IMG/VR virus record: IMGVR_UViG_3300032301_002006
Coordinates: 1 to 30,571 of that record
Length of the DNA: 30,571 nt
DNA from: a virus
Lineage: Duplodnaviria > Caudoviricetes
Strand: one strand, 5' to 3'
Every line of letters begins with the position of its first letter. Within the stretch, counting starts at the first letter, position 1. Below the pieces are notes generated by a model that was given only the letters and a program-made list of their open reading frames with translations, did no database searches and was not told the origin of the DNA. Shown here piece by piece: positions 6,674 to 14,894 of the stretch. Position numbers and translations under genes: made by a program.

Positions 6674-7126
6674 ATGCCATTCACACCCGACCAATTGCAA
6701 AAACTCGGATGCGTCCTCCAACCAGACGGAAGCTATTCCGCCCCCGGGGCCGTTCGATCAACTCACCATGCAAAACAAAAACTGGATCCGAAAACGAAAG
6801 CTCATCCTCATGGGCTACCTAACCCCATCCCTCAACAAACTGCTTCACAAGCATTGGACAGCGGTCCACAAGGCCAAGGAGGATGCCAAGCGGGCTCTGG
6901 CGACAGTTCTCCGCGATTCAGGCTGCTGATCTCGCGATACGCTGCCCGCTCACTCGACGCCGACAACCTGGCCGGGGGATGCAAGCCGCTCATCGATGCG
7001 ATCCGGCGCGCTGGTATCATTCCGGATGACGATCCAAAAACGGTCGTTCTCGAATTTGCCCAACATGGGTGCCGGAAGGGTGACGAGCGGACGGAAATCG
7101 AGGTCTTCGAGCGAAATCTTGACTGA
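6674..7126 (+). CDS. rusA: RusA-like Holliday junction resolvase, catalytic half
   Basis: RSLDADNLAGGCKPLIDAIRRAGIIPDDD matches RusA D-x-DN...K...D...G...DD. The N-terminal portion is low-complexity and lacks the RusA PS-x-N motif. Confidence 0.75.
   Translation: MPFTPDQLQKLGCVLQPDGSYSAPGAVRSTHHAKQKLDPKTKAHPHGLPNPIPQQTASQALDSGPQGQGGCQAGSGDSSPRFRLLISRYAARSLDADNLAGGCKPLIDAIRRAGIIPDDDPKTVVLEFAQHGCRKGDERTEIEVFERNLD
6768..6929 (+). CDS. Nested alternative-frame ORF resembling the RusA N-terminal half
   Basis: MQNKNWIRKRKLILMGYLTPSLNKLLHKHW...KAKEDAKRAL resembles the RusA N-terminal strand, PS-x-N motif and helix (E. coli ITLPWPPSNNRYY). Confidence 0.55.
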   Translation: MQNKNWIRKRKLILMGYLTPSLNKLLHKHWTAVHKAKEDAKRALATVLRDSGC

Positions 7127-7130
7127 CACC
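7117..7130 (+). promoter_or_regulatory. TCTTGACTGACACC box, copy 2, upstream of terS
   Basis: Repeated motif containing a TTGACT -35-like hexamer, about 30 nt upstream of the terS ATG. Confidence 0.6.
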
Positions 7131-7161
7131 CTAAGCGAAAGCTAACTGTTCCACGAAGAAC

Positions 7162-7617
7162 ATGCCAATTCTCGCCAATCCAAAGCATGAAGCATTCGCC
7201 TGCAAAGTTGCCGCAGGCCAACAGCTCGGGCCTGCGTATCGCGCGGTTTATGGCAAGAAAGGCACCGATCAGAACGCATGCCGCCTGAGTAAAATTGAAA
7301 AGGTGGCGGCTCGCGTCAAAGAACTCCAAGGCAAAGCTGAGGTCAAAACTCTCCTCACCATTCAAGAGCGGCGGCAGTTCCTCGCCGATGTGGTTCGCGT
7401 GAAAGTTGGCGAGGTGGATGAGCGGTCACCGCTTGCCCAGTCGGTCGAATACGGCAAGGACGGAAAGAAGATTCGCGTTCCCGACAAAATCAAGGCGCTC
7501 GAACTTGACGCCAAGATGGCTGGCGAGCTGATCGATAAGCAGGAAACAACGCACGTGATTCCCGGCTCGCTCGAAGAGGCGGTGCTTTCTCTGATCCATG
7601 GAAAAAAGCGCGATTGA
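7162..7617 (+). CDS. terS: Terminase small subunit
   Basis: LANPKHEAFA...AYRAVY...NACRL...V.ARV.EL helix-turn-helix pattern and DKIKALELDAK; lies immediately upstream of terL. Confidence 0.85.
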   Translation: MPILANPKHEAFACKVAAGQQLGPAYRAVYGKKGTDQNACRLSKIEKVAARVKELQGKAEVKTLLTIQERRQFLADVVRVKVGEVDERSPLAQSVEYGKDGKKIRVPDKIKALELDAKMAGELIDKQETTHVIPGSLEEAVLSLIHGKKRD

Positions 7618-9187
7618 ATATGTCCGGGATCCGTGGTGGCGAGTCTCGACGCTCTACATGGTGAGGGATGAGACGGCCCAAGTGGTGCCATTCGTTCCAC
7701 GAAAAGAACAGGCCGAGTTCTACGCTTCGAAGCACAACCGGAATTTCATTCTCAAGGCTCGAAAACTTGGGATGTCCACGTTGCTGGCCATCGACAACCT
7801 TGATGCCTGTATATTCATTCCCGGGACACATGCGGCCATTGTCGATCGATCAGAGTCGGAGGCCTGCGGCAAACTCGACATGGCCCGGTGTGCCTGGGAG
7901 AATTTCGAGAAGCATCCAGATCCCCGGGTCGCCGCTATCGGCCGGCTAGTGAAGGAGAATTTGAAACTCACCGGAGATTCTGACCGGGAAATGACATTTT
8001 CCAACGGGAGCAAGTTCGAAGCTGGGGTGTCTCTGCGCGGTGGAACTCCCCAGCGTCTGCATGTTTCAGAGCTCGGATACATCGCGAGCCATGATCGAAA
8101 GCGGGCGATGGAAATCAAAGCGGGATCGATCAATGCTGTGCCAGCGTCCGGCGAGGTGACGATTGAAACCACTCACGAAGGCGGAAAGGTCGGGATCTCG
8201 TATGAGTTTGCTCGCCTGGCGATGGACTCGACGGCTCGAGGGATCAACAGTCCACTTGATTGGAGGTTTCATTTTTTCCCGTGGTTCGACCATCCATCCT
8301 ATCGCCTAGAAATCGAAAATCCGCGTGTTGATCAACGGATGCTCGACTATTTCCGTAAGCTGAAAGCCGAGCACGAAATCACGCTGGGGGTTGATCGCAT
8401 GGCATGGTATCAGGCCAAGTTTGCCGAGCAACGCGAGGCGATGTTCAGGGAGTTTCCATCAACTCCCGAGGAAGCGTTTCGAGCGATGGTATCTGGCGCG
8501 ATTTATCCGCAAATGATGAACCTCCGCGCGAGCGGCCGGATCAAAGAATTTGAACATGATCAGCGGGCTCCGCTCATGGCTGCGTGGGACATTGGAGTAT
8601 CGGATTTTACCTCCATCTGGCTTTTGCAGGCTGTCGGGCGCGATCTGCTTTGGCTGGCATGGTATGAGGGTGAAGGCTCGGGAGTCGGGCATTACGCGGA
8701 AGTCATTCGATCATGGGAAAGGATATTTGGAAAAAAGATCTCATGTCATTACCTCCCTCATGATGCAAACCAGCGTGAGCGCGGGACCGGCAAGACTTAC
8801 GCTGATCACCTCCGCGAAGCCGGATTTGCTCCCCACACGATCAAAGTTGTCCCCAGGTGCCCAGACGTTTGGCAAGGTATCAACGATCTTCGAGACCTGC
8901 TTCCAAGATCATGGTTTCACTCACGATGTGACGAGGCAAGGACATCGAAAACCGGAACGGAAAAGCTTTCTGGCGTTGCCTGTCTCGAAGCGTACCATGT
9001 GCAAACTGTCGGGGCCTCTGGGATCGTTAGGGAAATGCCATGCCATGACGAGACGTCACACACGGCCGACGCGGCCCGGACGTTTGCTGAAGCGTGGGCT
9101 CGAGGAATGGTTGACACAGTTGGAGCCATCACGAATGACAAGCATCGCCCGCACGTGCGCGTGATCAGTGGACTCTCCGACGAATGA
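7598..9187 (+). CDS. terL: Terminase large subunit
   Basis: Walker A ILKARKLGMST, Walker B LHVSE, motif III IETT, FFPW, FREFP.TPEEAF, nuclease AAWDIG..DFTSIW, HYLPHDA, SHTADAART. Confidence 0.95.
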   Translation: MEKSAIEYVRDPWWRVSTLYMVRDETAQVVPFVPRKEQAEFYASKHNRNFILKARKLGMSTLLAIDNLDACIFIPGTHAAIVDRSESEACGKLDMARCAWENFEKHPDPRVAAIGRLVKENLKLTGDSDREMTFSNGSKFEAGVSLRGGTPQRLHVSELGYIASHDRKRAMEIKAGSINAVPASGEVTIETTHEGGKVGISYEFARLAMDSTARGINSPLDWRFHFFPWFDHPSYRLEIENPRVDQRMLDYFRKLKAEHEITLGVDRMAWYQAKFAEQREAMFREFPSTPEEAFRAMVSGAIYPQMMNLRASGRIKEFEHDQRAPLMAAWDIGVSDFTSIWLLQAVGRDLLWLAWYEGEGSGVGHYAEVIRSWERIFGKKISCHYLPHDANQRERGTGKTYADHLREAGFAPHTIKVVPRCPDVWQGINDLRDLLPRSWFHSRCDEARTSKTGTEKLSGVACLEAYHVQTVGASGIVREMPCHDETSHTADAARTFAEAWARGMVDTVGAITNDKHRPHVRVISGLSDE

Positions 9188-9522
9188 GCCCGATTGATAA
9201 AGTCCGAAAGCTTTACGATCGCTTTCCGCAACCGCGGACGTTTGCGGAAGATTTCGAGGCGCACTTGCAACACGGGTTTGTCTTTTCAAAACCGGATTGT
9301 TTTCTCATGGCTCGCCCGGTCTGCAAAGACGCACCACACGATTTTCTTGCTGATCCGTGGCATCAATTCGATAACCCAGATTGCTGGCTGATCTGGGCTG
9401 CAGCCGGTTCGTCGGCGGTGTCAGTCAGGACTTTTTGCTTGACCATGCAACCGTTCCCACTTACTTGGGTCGCTTGGGCGAGGAGAACCGGCCCTCTGAA
9501 ATTTCATTTGATCAATCCATGA
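9184..9522 (+). CDS. Hypothetical phage protein
   Basis: Coupled by ATGA overlaps at both ends; globular composition (GFVFSKPDCFLMARPV, CWLIWAAAG). Confidence 0.75.
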   Translation: MSPIDKVRKLYDRFPQPRTFAEDFEAHLQHGFVFSKPDCFLMARPVCKDAPHDFLADPWHQFDNPDCWLIWAAAGSSAVSVRTFCLTMQPFPLTWVAWARRTGPLKFHLINP

Positions 9523-9866
9523 GAATCTCTGACCCGCTTTCCAATCCTCTGCTTGGATCCATGACATACTACTTTGGCGGCGGGGGTGGTGCTCCTAAGG
9601 CTCCGAAACAACAGCCTATTCAACTTCCTCCGGCTCCAAACTACCAGGCGCCACCGATGCCAACACTTTTGCCGATGCCGGCACCCGCGCCGCCGCCTCC
9701 TCCTCCTGATCCGCCAGTTTCTTCAAGTGCTCTCGACGTCCAGCAAGCGAAAGATCAACAGCGGGCGGACGCACTAAGCCGAAAGGGAATTCGCAAGACA
9801 CTCATCGCTGGGGAATCCAATCAAAAACCTGTTTCTCCCGTCACTGGATCAACTCTGCTCGGCTGA
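9519..9866 (+). CDS. Proline-rich pre-portal virion assembly protein
   Basis: FGGGGGAPKAP, poly-Pro, RKGIRKTLIAG and a TLLG terminus, as is typical of the small gene before podoviral portals. ATG 9519 overlaps the upstream stop. Confidence 0.75.
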   Translation: MRISDPLSNPLLGSMTYYFGGGGGAPKAPKQQPIQLPPAPNYQAPPMPTLLPMPAPAPPPPPPDPPVSSSALDVQQAKDQQRADALSRKGIRKTLIAGESNQKPVSPVTGSTLLG

Positions 9867-9867
9867 C

Positions 9868-11529
9868 ATGGAAAAAGATAAGCTCGTTCAATGGATACTT
9901 GATCGGAACTCGAAACTATCGGGCGAGCGTTCTGTTTGGGATGGATTTTGGACCGACATTGCCAATTATGTGATGCCGCGAAAGGCCGAGATCCAATCGC
10001 GGCAAAGTTCGCCAAACCTTTCGAAATCATCCCGGCTTTTCGACACGACAGCGATTCGAGCGAATCAGGTTCTTGCCAACGGGCAGCTTTCATGGATGAC
10101 ACCGCTTGAAAGCCGGTGGTTTTCCTTTGATCCTCCCCATCAGCTCAAAGGAAAAGACAAAGTTGAGCAATGGTATCGTCGGTGCACAGAGATTGCACAA
10201 CTCGAGCTCGCTCGGTCAAATTTCTACACCGAAATTCATGAGCTCTACCTCGACCGGGGCGCGTTCGGCACGGCAGCAATGATCGCGGAGGAAGGCGAAC
10301 GTGCTGTGCTTAATTTCCGACTTCTCAACTGCGGCAGCTATTCGATTGCTGAAGATTCCGAGGGCAAGATTGATTCCCTGTTTCGCTCCCTCACGATGAC
10401 GATCCGGGCGGCGGCTCAAAAGTTTGGTGAGAACAACCTTCACGCCGACTTGCAAGCCAAGCTGAAGGACGCGAAGGGCATGGACCAAACGCATGAGTTT
10501 GTTCATGCGATCTTTCCTCGAAAAGAATTCGATCCCGACAAGCGGGACGGAGAAAACAAACCGTGGGCTTCGGTCTATGTGGACATCAAAAACAAGATGA
10601 TCGTCCGGGCCTCTGGATACGATGAACAGCCATTCTTTGCCACGCGATATTTGCTGTGGGGCGATCAAGTTTATGGGTGGTCTCCTGCTTGGATGGCGCT
10701 CCCAGAATCCCGGCAACTCAATTTTCTCGAAAAGCAAATGGACAGCCTTGCCGAGACGGCGGCTTTCCCTCGCATTCAGGTTCCCGAGGGATACAAAGGC
10801 ACCATCAACATGCAGGCGAATGGCATCACGTATTTCGATGTCAACGGGAACGGCCCGAAAGAATGGGCCACGGCTGGCCGGTATGACATCGGCAAGGACC
10901 GCGCCGAAATCAAACGCAAGGCCATCAACGAAGCATATCACGTTGATCTGTTCCAAATGTTTTCTCAGATTGAAAAGCAGATGACTGCGCGAGAGGTCGC
11001 GGAACGATCGGGAGAAAAGATGATTCAATTTTCTCCGACTTTTGCGCGGATGACTACTGAGCTTTTCAATCCACTTCTGCAACGTGTCTGGTCGATCCTC
11101 ATTCGTGCCGGACGATTCCCGGAGATCCCGCGCGATGCGGTTCTTGTCGGACCACAGGGCCCATCTCTGCCAGAGCCTGAAGTTTCCTACTCATCCCGTA
11201 TCGCCCTGGCCGTGAAGAGCCATGAAAACCAAGCGATGTATCAGACGCTCGACGGGATCATGCCGGTTGCGCAATCACGGCCTGAAATCCTCGACAATTT
11301 TGACTGGGATGAAATCTCGCGCGACATGGCTCGTAACAATGGCGCGCCTTCGCGTTGGCTGATGGACGAAGACGAGGTTGCCAAGATTCGAAATGCGCGG
11401 GCTCAACAGGCTGCTCAAATGCAGCAAATGCAACAAATGCAGATGGGGGCCGAGGCAGCGGCTAAGGTTGGCGGAATTCCAAAAGATTCTGCGGCTGCAC
11501 AAATGATGCAGGAACGCGCGGCAGCATGA
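9868..11529 (+). CDS. Portal protein (head-tail connector, T7 gp8/Bbp21-like)
   Basis: W..IA.YVMP, FDTTA.RA...LA.G, SNFY..IHE.Y.D...FGTA, YGWSPA, MTA.EV.ER..EK, Q-rich C-terminus. Confidence 0.95.
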   Translation: MEKDKLVQWILDRNSKLSGERSVWDGFWTDIANYVMPRKAEIQSRQSSPNLSKSSRLFDTTAIRANQVLANGQLSWMTPLESRWFSFDPPHQLKGKDKVEQWYRRCTEIAQLELARSNFYTEIHELYLDRGAFGTAAMIAEEGERAVLNFRLLNCGSYSIAEDSEGKIDSLFRSLTMTIRAAAQKFGENNLHADLQAKLKDAKGMDQTHEFVHAIFPRKEFDPDKRDGENKPWASVYVDIKNKMIVRASGYDEQPFFATRYLLWGDQVYGWSPAWMALPESRQLNFLEKQMDSLAETAAFPRIQVPEGYKGTINMQANGITYFDVNGNGPKEWATAGRYDIGKDRAEIKRKAINEAYHVDLFQMFSQIEKQMTAREVAERSGEKMIQFSPTFARMTTELFNPLLQRVWSILIRAGRFPEIPRDAVLVGPQGPSLPEPEVSYSSRIALAVKSHENQAMYQTLDGIMPVAQSRPEILDNFDWDEISRDMARNNGAPSRWLMDEDEVAKIRNARAQQAAQMQQMQQMQMGAEAAAKVGGIPKDSAAAQMMQERAAA

Positions 11530-11828
11530 GTGAAGAAATTACGCCCGAGGATCTTCAACGCGCGAAGGAACGCCAACGCACGATCAATGCTTACCACCGA
11601 ACGTTTTCAAGCGAGGATGGCAGGCGCGTTCTCGAAGATCTCAAATCAGTTTTCGGCATCCAGTTTCCGGCATTCGTTCCACGTCAGGGTGGAGAATATG
11701 ACACCCATCACGCCGCAATCCGCGACGGTCAAAGGCAAGTCATCCTTCACGTTGAAAGCGTGCTCGCCGAGGAAATGCAGGGGGACGCGAATGTCGATCA
11801 ACCACAAGTCACCGTAAAAACAGAATGA
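11526..11828 (+). CDS. Bbp19-like post-portal protein
   Basis: Y...F.S.DG.RVL.DL...and A.RDGQR.V.LH motifs; position directly after the portal. Confidence 0.75.
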   Translation: MSEEITPEDLQRAKERQRTINAYHRTFSSEDGRRVLEDLKSVFGIQFPAFVPRQGGEYDTHHAAIRDGQRQVILHVESVLAEEMQGDANVDQPQVTVKTE

Positions 11829-12256
11829 GCAAATACACACTCGAAAATGGGGCCATCATGGCGGACGGGCAGCAAATCGCCCGGCATGATGCAGCCAGAA
11901 ACGTGGTGGTCTCCTTGGAGCCACTGCATCACAAAGTCAAATCTTCCATTTCACGCCTCATCGATCCGAATCCGGATTATGAAGTCGAAGCGGTTCAAGA
12001 AAGCTCGGTCATTCCGCCAGAGCCCGGCCCGAAGGATGTGATTCCTGAAGTTCCCGCTCCGATTGAAGCAATGGAAACACCTCCGGCCACGGATCCCGCG
12101 CTTGGTGACAAGACACCCGCTTACGTGGAGTGGTTCCGCCGAACCCATAGCGCTGAGGAGTTTGCGGCAAAGTATCGTGGCCGTAAGATCCCTGGCAATC
12201 TCGATTCGGCCCTCGCGGAACCGGTCATTTCAAATCACATGCCAACCGTTGAATAA
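11825..12256 (+). CDS. Hypothetical protein in the head module
   Basis: ATGA-coupled to the upstream gene; Pro/Glu linker followed by DPALGDKTPAYVEWF. Confidence 0.7.
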   Translation: MSKYTLENGAIMADGQQIARHDAARNVVVSLEPLHHKVKSSISRLIDPNPDYEVEAVQESSVIPPEPGPKDVIPEVPAPIEAMETPPATDPALGDKTPAYVEWFRRTHSAEEFAAKYRGRKIPGNLDSALAEPVISNHMPTVE

Positions 12257-12263
12257 TTGACCC

Positions 12264-13190
12264 ATGATTCGACTCAAACACACACTTTGTTTCTTCGAAG
12301 CTGACGGCACAGGCGGCGGCGGGGCTGTCGGCGATCCGTCGCCAACACTCATACCAGCTGCCGGGAATCCCGCTCCTACTCCAACTTCACCAACCGCGCC
12401 ATTTTTCGGCTCGGATGGAAATTTTGTGGATGGCTGGGCCGACAAGCTACCGGATGGCTTTCTACCTGTTGAGGATCTACCGGCGTTCAAGATCCATGCA
12501 TCGAAATACAAGAGCCCGCTCGATGCGATCAAGAGCGATTTCCACAAGGAAAAGATGCTTGGTCGAAAGGCGCAATCCGTCGTTGTGCCCGGCGAGAAGA
12601 GCACCCCCGAAGAGATCGCGGCATTTCGAACGGCTTTGGGAGTTCCTGAAACTCCCGATGGCTACAAGCTCAAGCCGGAATTGCTCCCGGAGGGAATGAC
12701 TTGGAACGATGAGTCGGTGAAGCCATTCGCCGCCATTGCTCACAAGCATAACATCCCGCCCGCGGCGATGGCTGAGATCGTCGGTCAGTATGTGGCACTC
12801 GAACAGGCCAAGGCCGATGTGATGGGCGATGCATTCAAAGCCGAGCTCGACAAGGGAATGCAGACGCTCAAGGACACATGGAAAAATGACACGGAAAAGA
12901 ACGTTGCATTTGCCTCGCGAGTAGCGAAGTCCATCGGACTTGATCCGACGTCGCCCGGGCTGCGTGACCCAAACGTCGTCATCGCTCTTCAGCGTGTTGG
13001 CGCGATGCTCAGTGAGGACAAGTTAGTCTCTGGCGACATTTCGGCCACTCTTCAGCCAGGAGCGGTGCGCGCTAATGAGATCATGACGAATCCGGCTGAT
13101 CCAATGTTCAACGATTATGCCGGCAAGAACGGCAAAGACCGGCAGGCGGCTGCGGCCAAGCTGGTTGCCGACTTGCTAAAAAACGGCTGA
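12264..13190 (+). CDS. Capsid scaffolding/assembly protein
   Basis: Position before the major capsid gene; G/P-rich N-terminus, LG.PETPDGY, AHK.N.PP, L...W, and L.R.G..LSED motifs. Confidence 0.8.
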   Translation: MIRLKHTLCFFEADGTGGGGAVGDPSPTLIPAAGNPAPTPTSPTAPFFGSDGNFVDGWADKLPDGFLPVEDLPAFKIHASKYKSPLDAIKSDFHKEKMLGRKAQSVVVPGEKSTPEEIAAFRTALGVPETPDGYKLKPELLPEGMTWNDESVKPFAAIAHKHNIPPAAMAEIVGQYVALEQAKADVMGDAFKAELDKGMQTLKDTWKNDTEKNVAFASRVAKSIGLDPTSPGLRDPNVVIALQRVGAMLSEDKLVSGDISATLQPGAVRANEIMTNPADPMFNDYAGKNGKDRQAAAAKLVADLLKNG

Positions 13191-13220
13191 CAATCTGCCA
13201 CTGCTACTGGCATTCGAAAG

Positions 13221-13259
13221 AGGTCCGGCTGAAAAGAAATTTTTGGCCGGGCCTTTTTT
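13221..13259 (+). terminator. Rho-independent terminator after the scaffold gene
   Basis: AGGTCCGGCTGAAAA-GAAA-TTTTTGGCCGGGCCT stem (with G-U pairs) followed by a T-run. Confidence 0.7.
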
Positions 13260-13275
13260 CGTCTTGACTGACACC
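13259..13275 (+). promoter_or_regulatory. TCGTCTTGACTGACACC box, copy 3, upstream of the major capsid gene
   Basis: 17-bp identity with 28449-28465; located directly after a terminator. Confidence 0.65.
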
Positions 13276-13307
13276 TGCTGATCGCTTAGGCACGGATTCA
13301 GCGCACA

Positions 13308-13394
13308 GGCAGACAACTCCTTTTTGGGGCCTGCCCACGGCAAACCCAACGACCGGGGATCTCGCAAGAGGCAATCCCGGAAGGCCGAGGGCAG
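13308..13394 (+). ncRNA. Candidate structured 5' leader of the major capsid mRNA
   Basis: Two hairpins with asymmetric internal loops, one closed by a GCAA tetraloop, plus an alternative stem 13331-13341/13384-13394. Confidence 0.4.
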
Positions 13395-13432
13395 AACGCA
13401 AAAACCCAAACTTAAAAAAGGAGAAATTCAAA

Positions 13433-14335
13433 ATGCCTGCACTTACTACAATTCCGCAACACTACCCGGTTCAGTTCGAGACGAACTGGCGGCATCGTGT
13501 TCAAGCAAAACAGAGCCTGCTCAAAGAGTATGTGACCCTCGATTCCATCCAAGGAAAAGAGAAGTCCTACAACTTCCTCGAGACGGCTATCATGCGCGAG
13601 ATCACAACCCGCGCCGGTGAAACCACCAGTCAAGACCAGGCCACGGCCAAGCGTTGGAACCGCACACGCGGTTACGATGCCGTCAAGCGGTTTGACGAGT
13701 TTGATGACGCTTTGCTCGGGCAAATCGTTCTTCCTGACTCCGATGTCGTCATGTCCCACGCTGCCGCCTACAAGCGGAAGTGTGATGAACTGATTGCAGC
13801 CGCCGCGGTTGGCACTGCTTACACCGGCGAAGACGGTGTGACAGCTGTCACTGTCCCAGCTGGTCAGCAAGTGGCCGTCAACTACGTCGAAACGGGCGCG
13901 GCTGCGAACAGCGGCTTGACCGTTGGAAAGCTTCGCGCTGCGATGTTCCGCCTCGATGACGCTGAAGTGGACGAAGACGAAGAGCGATTCTTTGTCGCCG
14001 GCCCAAAGCAGAAGGAAGAACTCCTTCGCTCGACCGAGGTCACCAGCAAAGACTACAACGTCGTTCAGGCGCTCGTTGAAGGTCGCATTGATCGGTTCAT
14101 GGGATTCAAGTTCCGTTGGACCAAACGCACGGTGATCAACACTTCGACCGATATCCGGTCCTGCTTCGCTTACGTGAAGTCGGGAATCGTTCTCTCGGAC
14201 GATGGGCTGAAAACTCACATGGACATCCTGCCGACGCAGAACCATGCCCTCCAAATCCGCTCGGTTGCCCGCCTGGGTGCCGCGCGTGTGGAAGAGGAAA
14301 AGGTTGTGGTCGTGTTCTGCGATCAATCGCCGTAG
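13433..14335 (+). CDS. Major capsid protein
   Basis: QF..NW...VQ.K.S.L, D..D..LL, A.A..R..D..I..AA.G, L.V.KL..A...L, S.DYN.V.ALV.G.I..FMGFKF, GAARVEE.KVV; AAGGAG ribosome-binding site. Confidence 0.92.
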   Translation: MPALTTIPQHYPVQFETNWRHRVQAKQSLLKEYVTLDSIQGKEKSYNFLETAIMREITTRAGETTSQDQATAKRWNRTRGYDAVKRFDEFDDALLGQIVLPDSDVVMSHAAAYKRKCDELIAAAAVGTAYTGEDGVTAVTVPAGQQVAVNYVETGAAANSGLTVGKLRAAMFRLDDAEVDEDEERFFVAGPKQKEELLRSTEVTSKDYNVVQALVEGRIDRFMGFKFRWTKRTVINTSTDIRSCFAYVKSGIVLSDDGLKTHMDILPTQNHALQIRSVARLGAARVEEEKVVVVFCDQSP

Positions 14336-14371
14336 TCGAACAATCAAAAAAACTGAAAGGAAAATCACAAT

Positions 14372-14836
14372 ATGCCTACATTCACAACTGACATCGCGGC
14401 GGCCCAACAGGACTATCGCGGATTGCAGAAACGCCCGGACGCCGCAAAGGTCACCGGGAAATACGGTATCCTCGAATCCGTTTACACGTCCACGGGCGCG
14501 GAAGCGGCGGGAGACATCATCGACATCGGGGCCATCCCCGAGGGCGCGGTTGTCATTCCAGAGGAAAGCGCCATCACCTGCGAGGCGATGGGCGGCACCG
14601 GAACAGCGGTCGCAACCGTTGGTGACTCTGCTGACGCGGATCGCTATTCGGCAACGGCGGTCGCCTTGACCTCCGCTGCACGAACCGCACTCACGCCAGC
14701 GCTGGCAACGAGCATCATCACTCGCACGCCAGTGACGGCAGAAACCGCCACGATCAAAGCCGTCTTGGCCTTGACGAGCGGAGCGGTGACCGCGGCCAAG
14801 AAGATCGTCTTCACGATCAAATTCCGGCACCCGTAA
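14372..14836 (+). CDS. Capsid decoration/cement protein (Bbp16-like)
   Basis: A/T/G-rich beta protein (AAGDII.IG.IP.GAVV, VGD..DADRY) directly after the major capsid gene; AAAGGA ribosome-binding site. Confidence 0.7.
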   Translation: MPTFTTDIAAAQQDYRGLQKRPDAAKVTGKYGILESVYTSTGAEAAGDIIDIGAIPEGAVVIPEESAITCEAMGGTGTAVATVGDSADADRYSATAVALTSAARTALTPALATSIITRTPVTAETATIKAVLALTSGAVTAAKKIVFTIKFRHP

Positions 14837-14857
14837 GGAAATCAAAAACCAACCCGC

Positions 14858-14889
14858 TGGCAGACCGGGGAAAGTCTGCCAACTTTTTT
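14858..14889 (+). terminator. Rho-independent terminator after the capsid/decoration genes
   Basis: TGGCAGAC-CGGGGAAA-GTCTGCCA stem followed by ACTTTTTT. Confidence 0.7.
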
Positions 14890-14894
14890 GACTC

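Noticed and set aside
10216-11082. 288-aa minus-strand ORF inside the portal gene
   Set aside because: Shadow of the portal; no independent evidence.
14333-14372. Possible capsid read-through or frameshift fusion to the decoration protein (T7 10B-like)
   Set aside because: The genes are in the same frame, but both TAG and a second stop (TGA) intervene, and no slippery site precedes the capsid stop.
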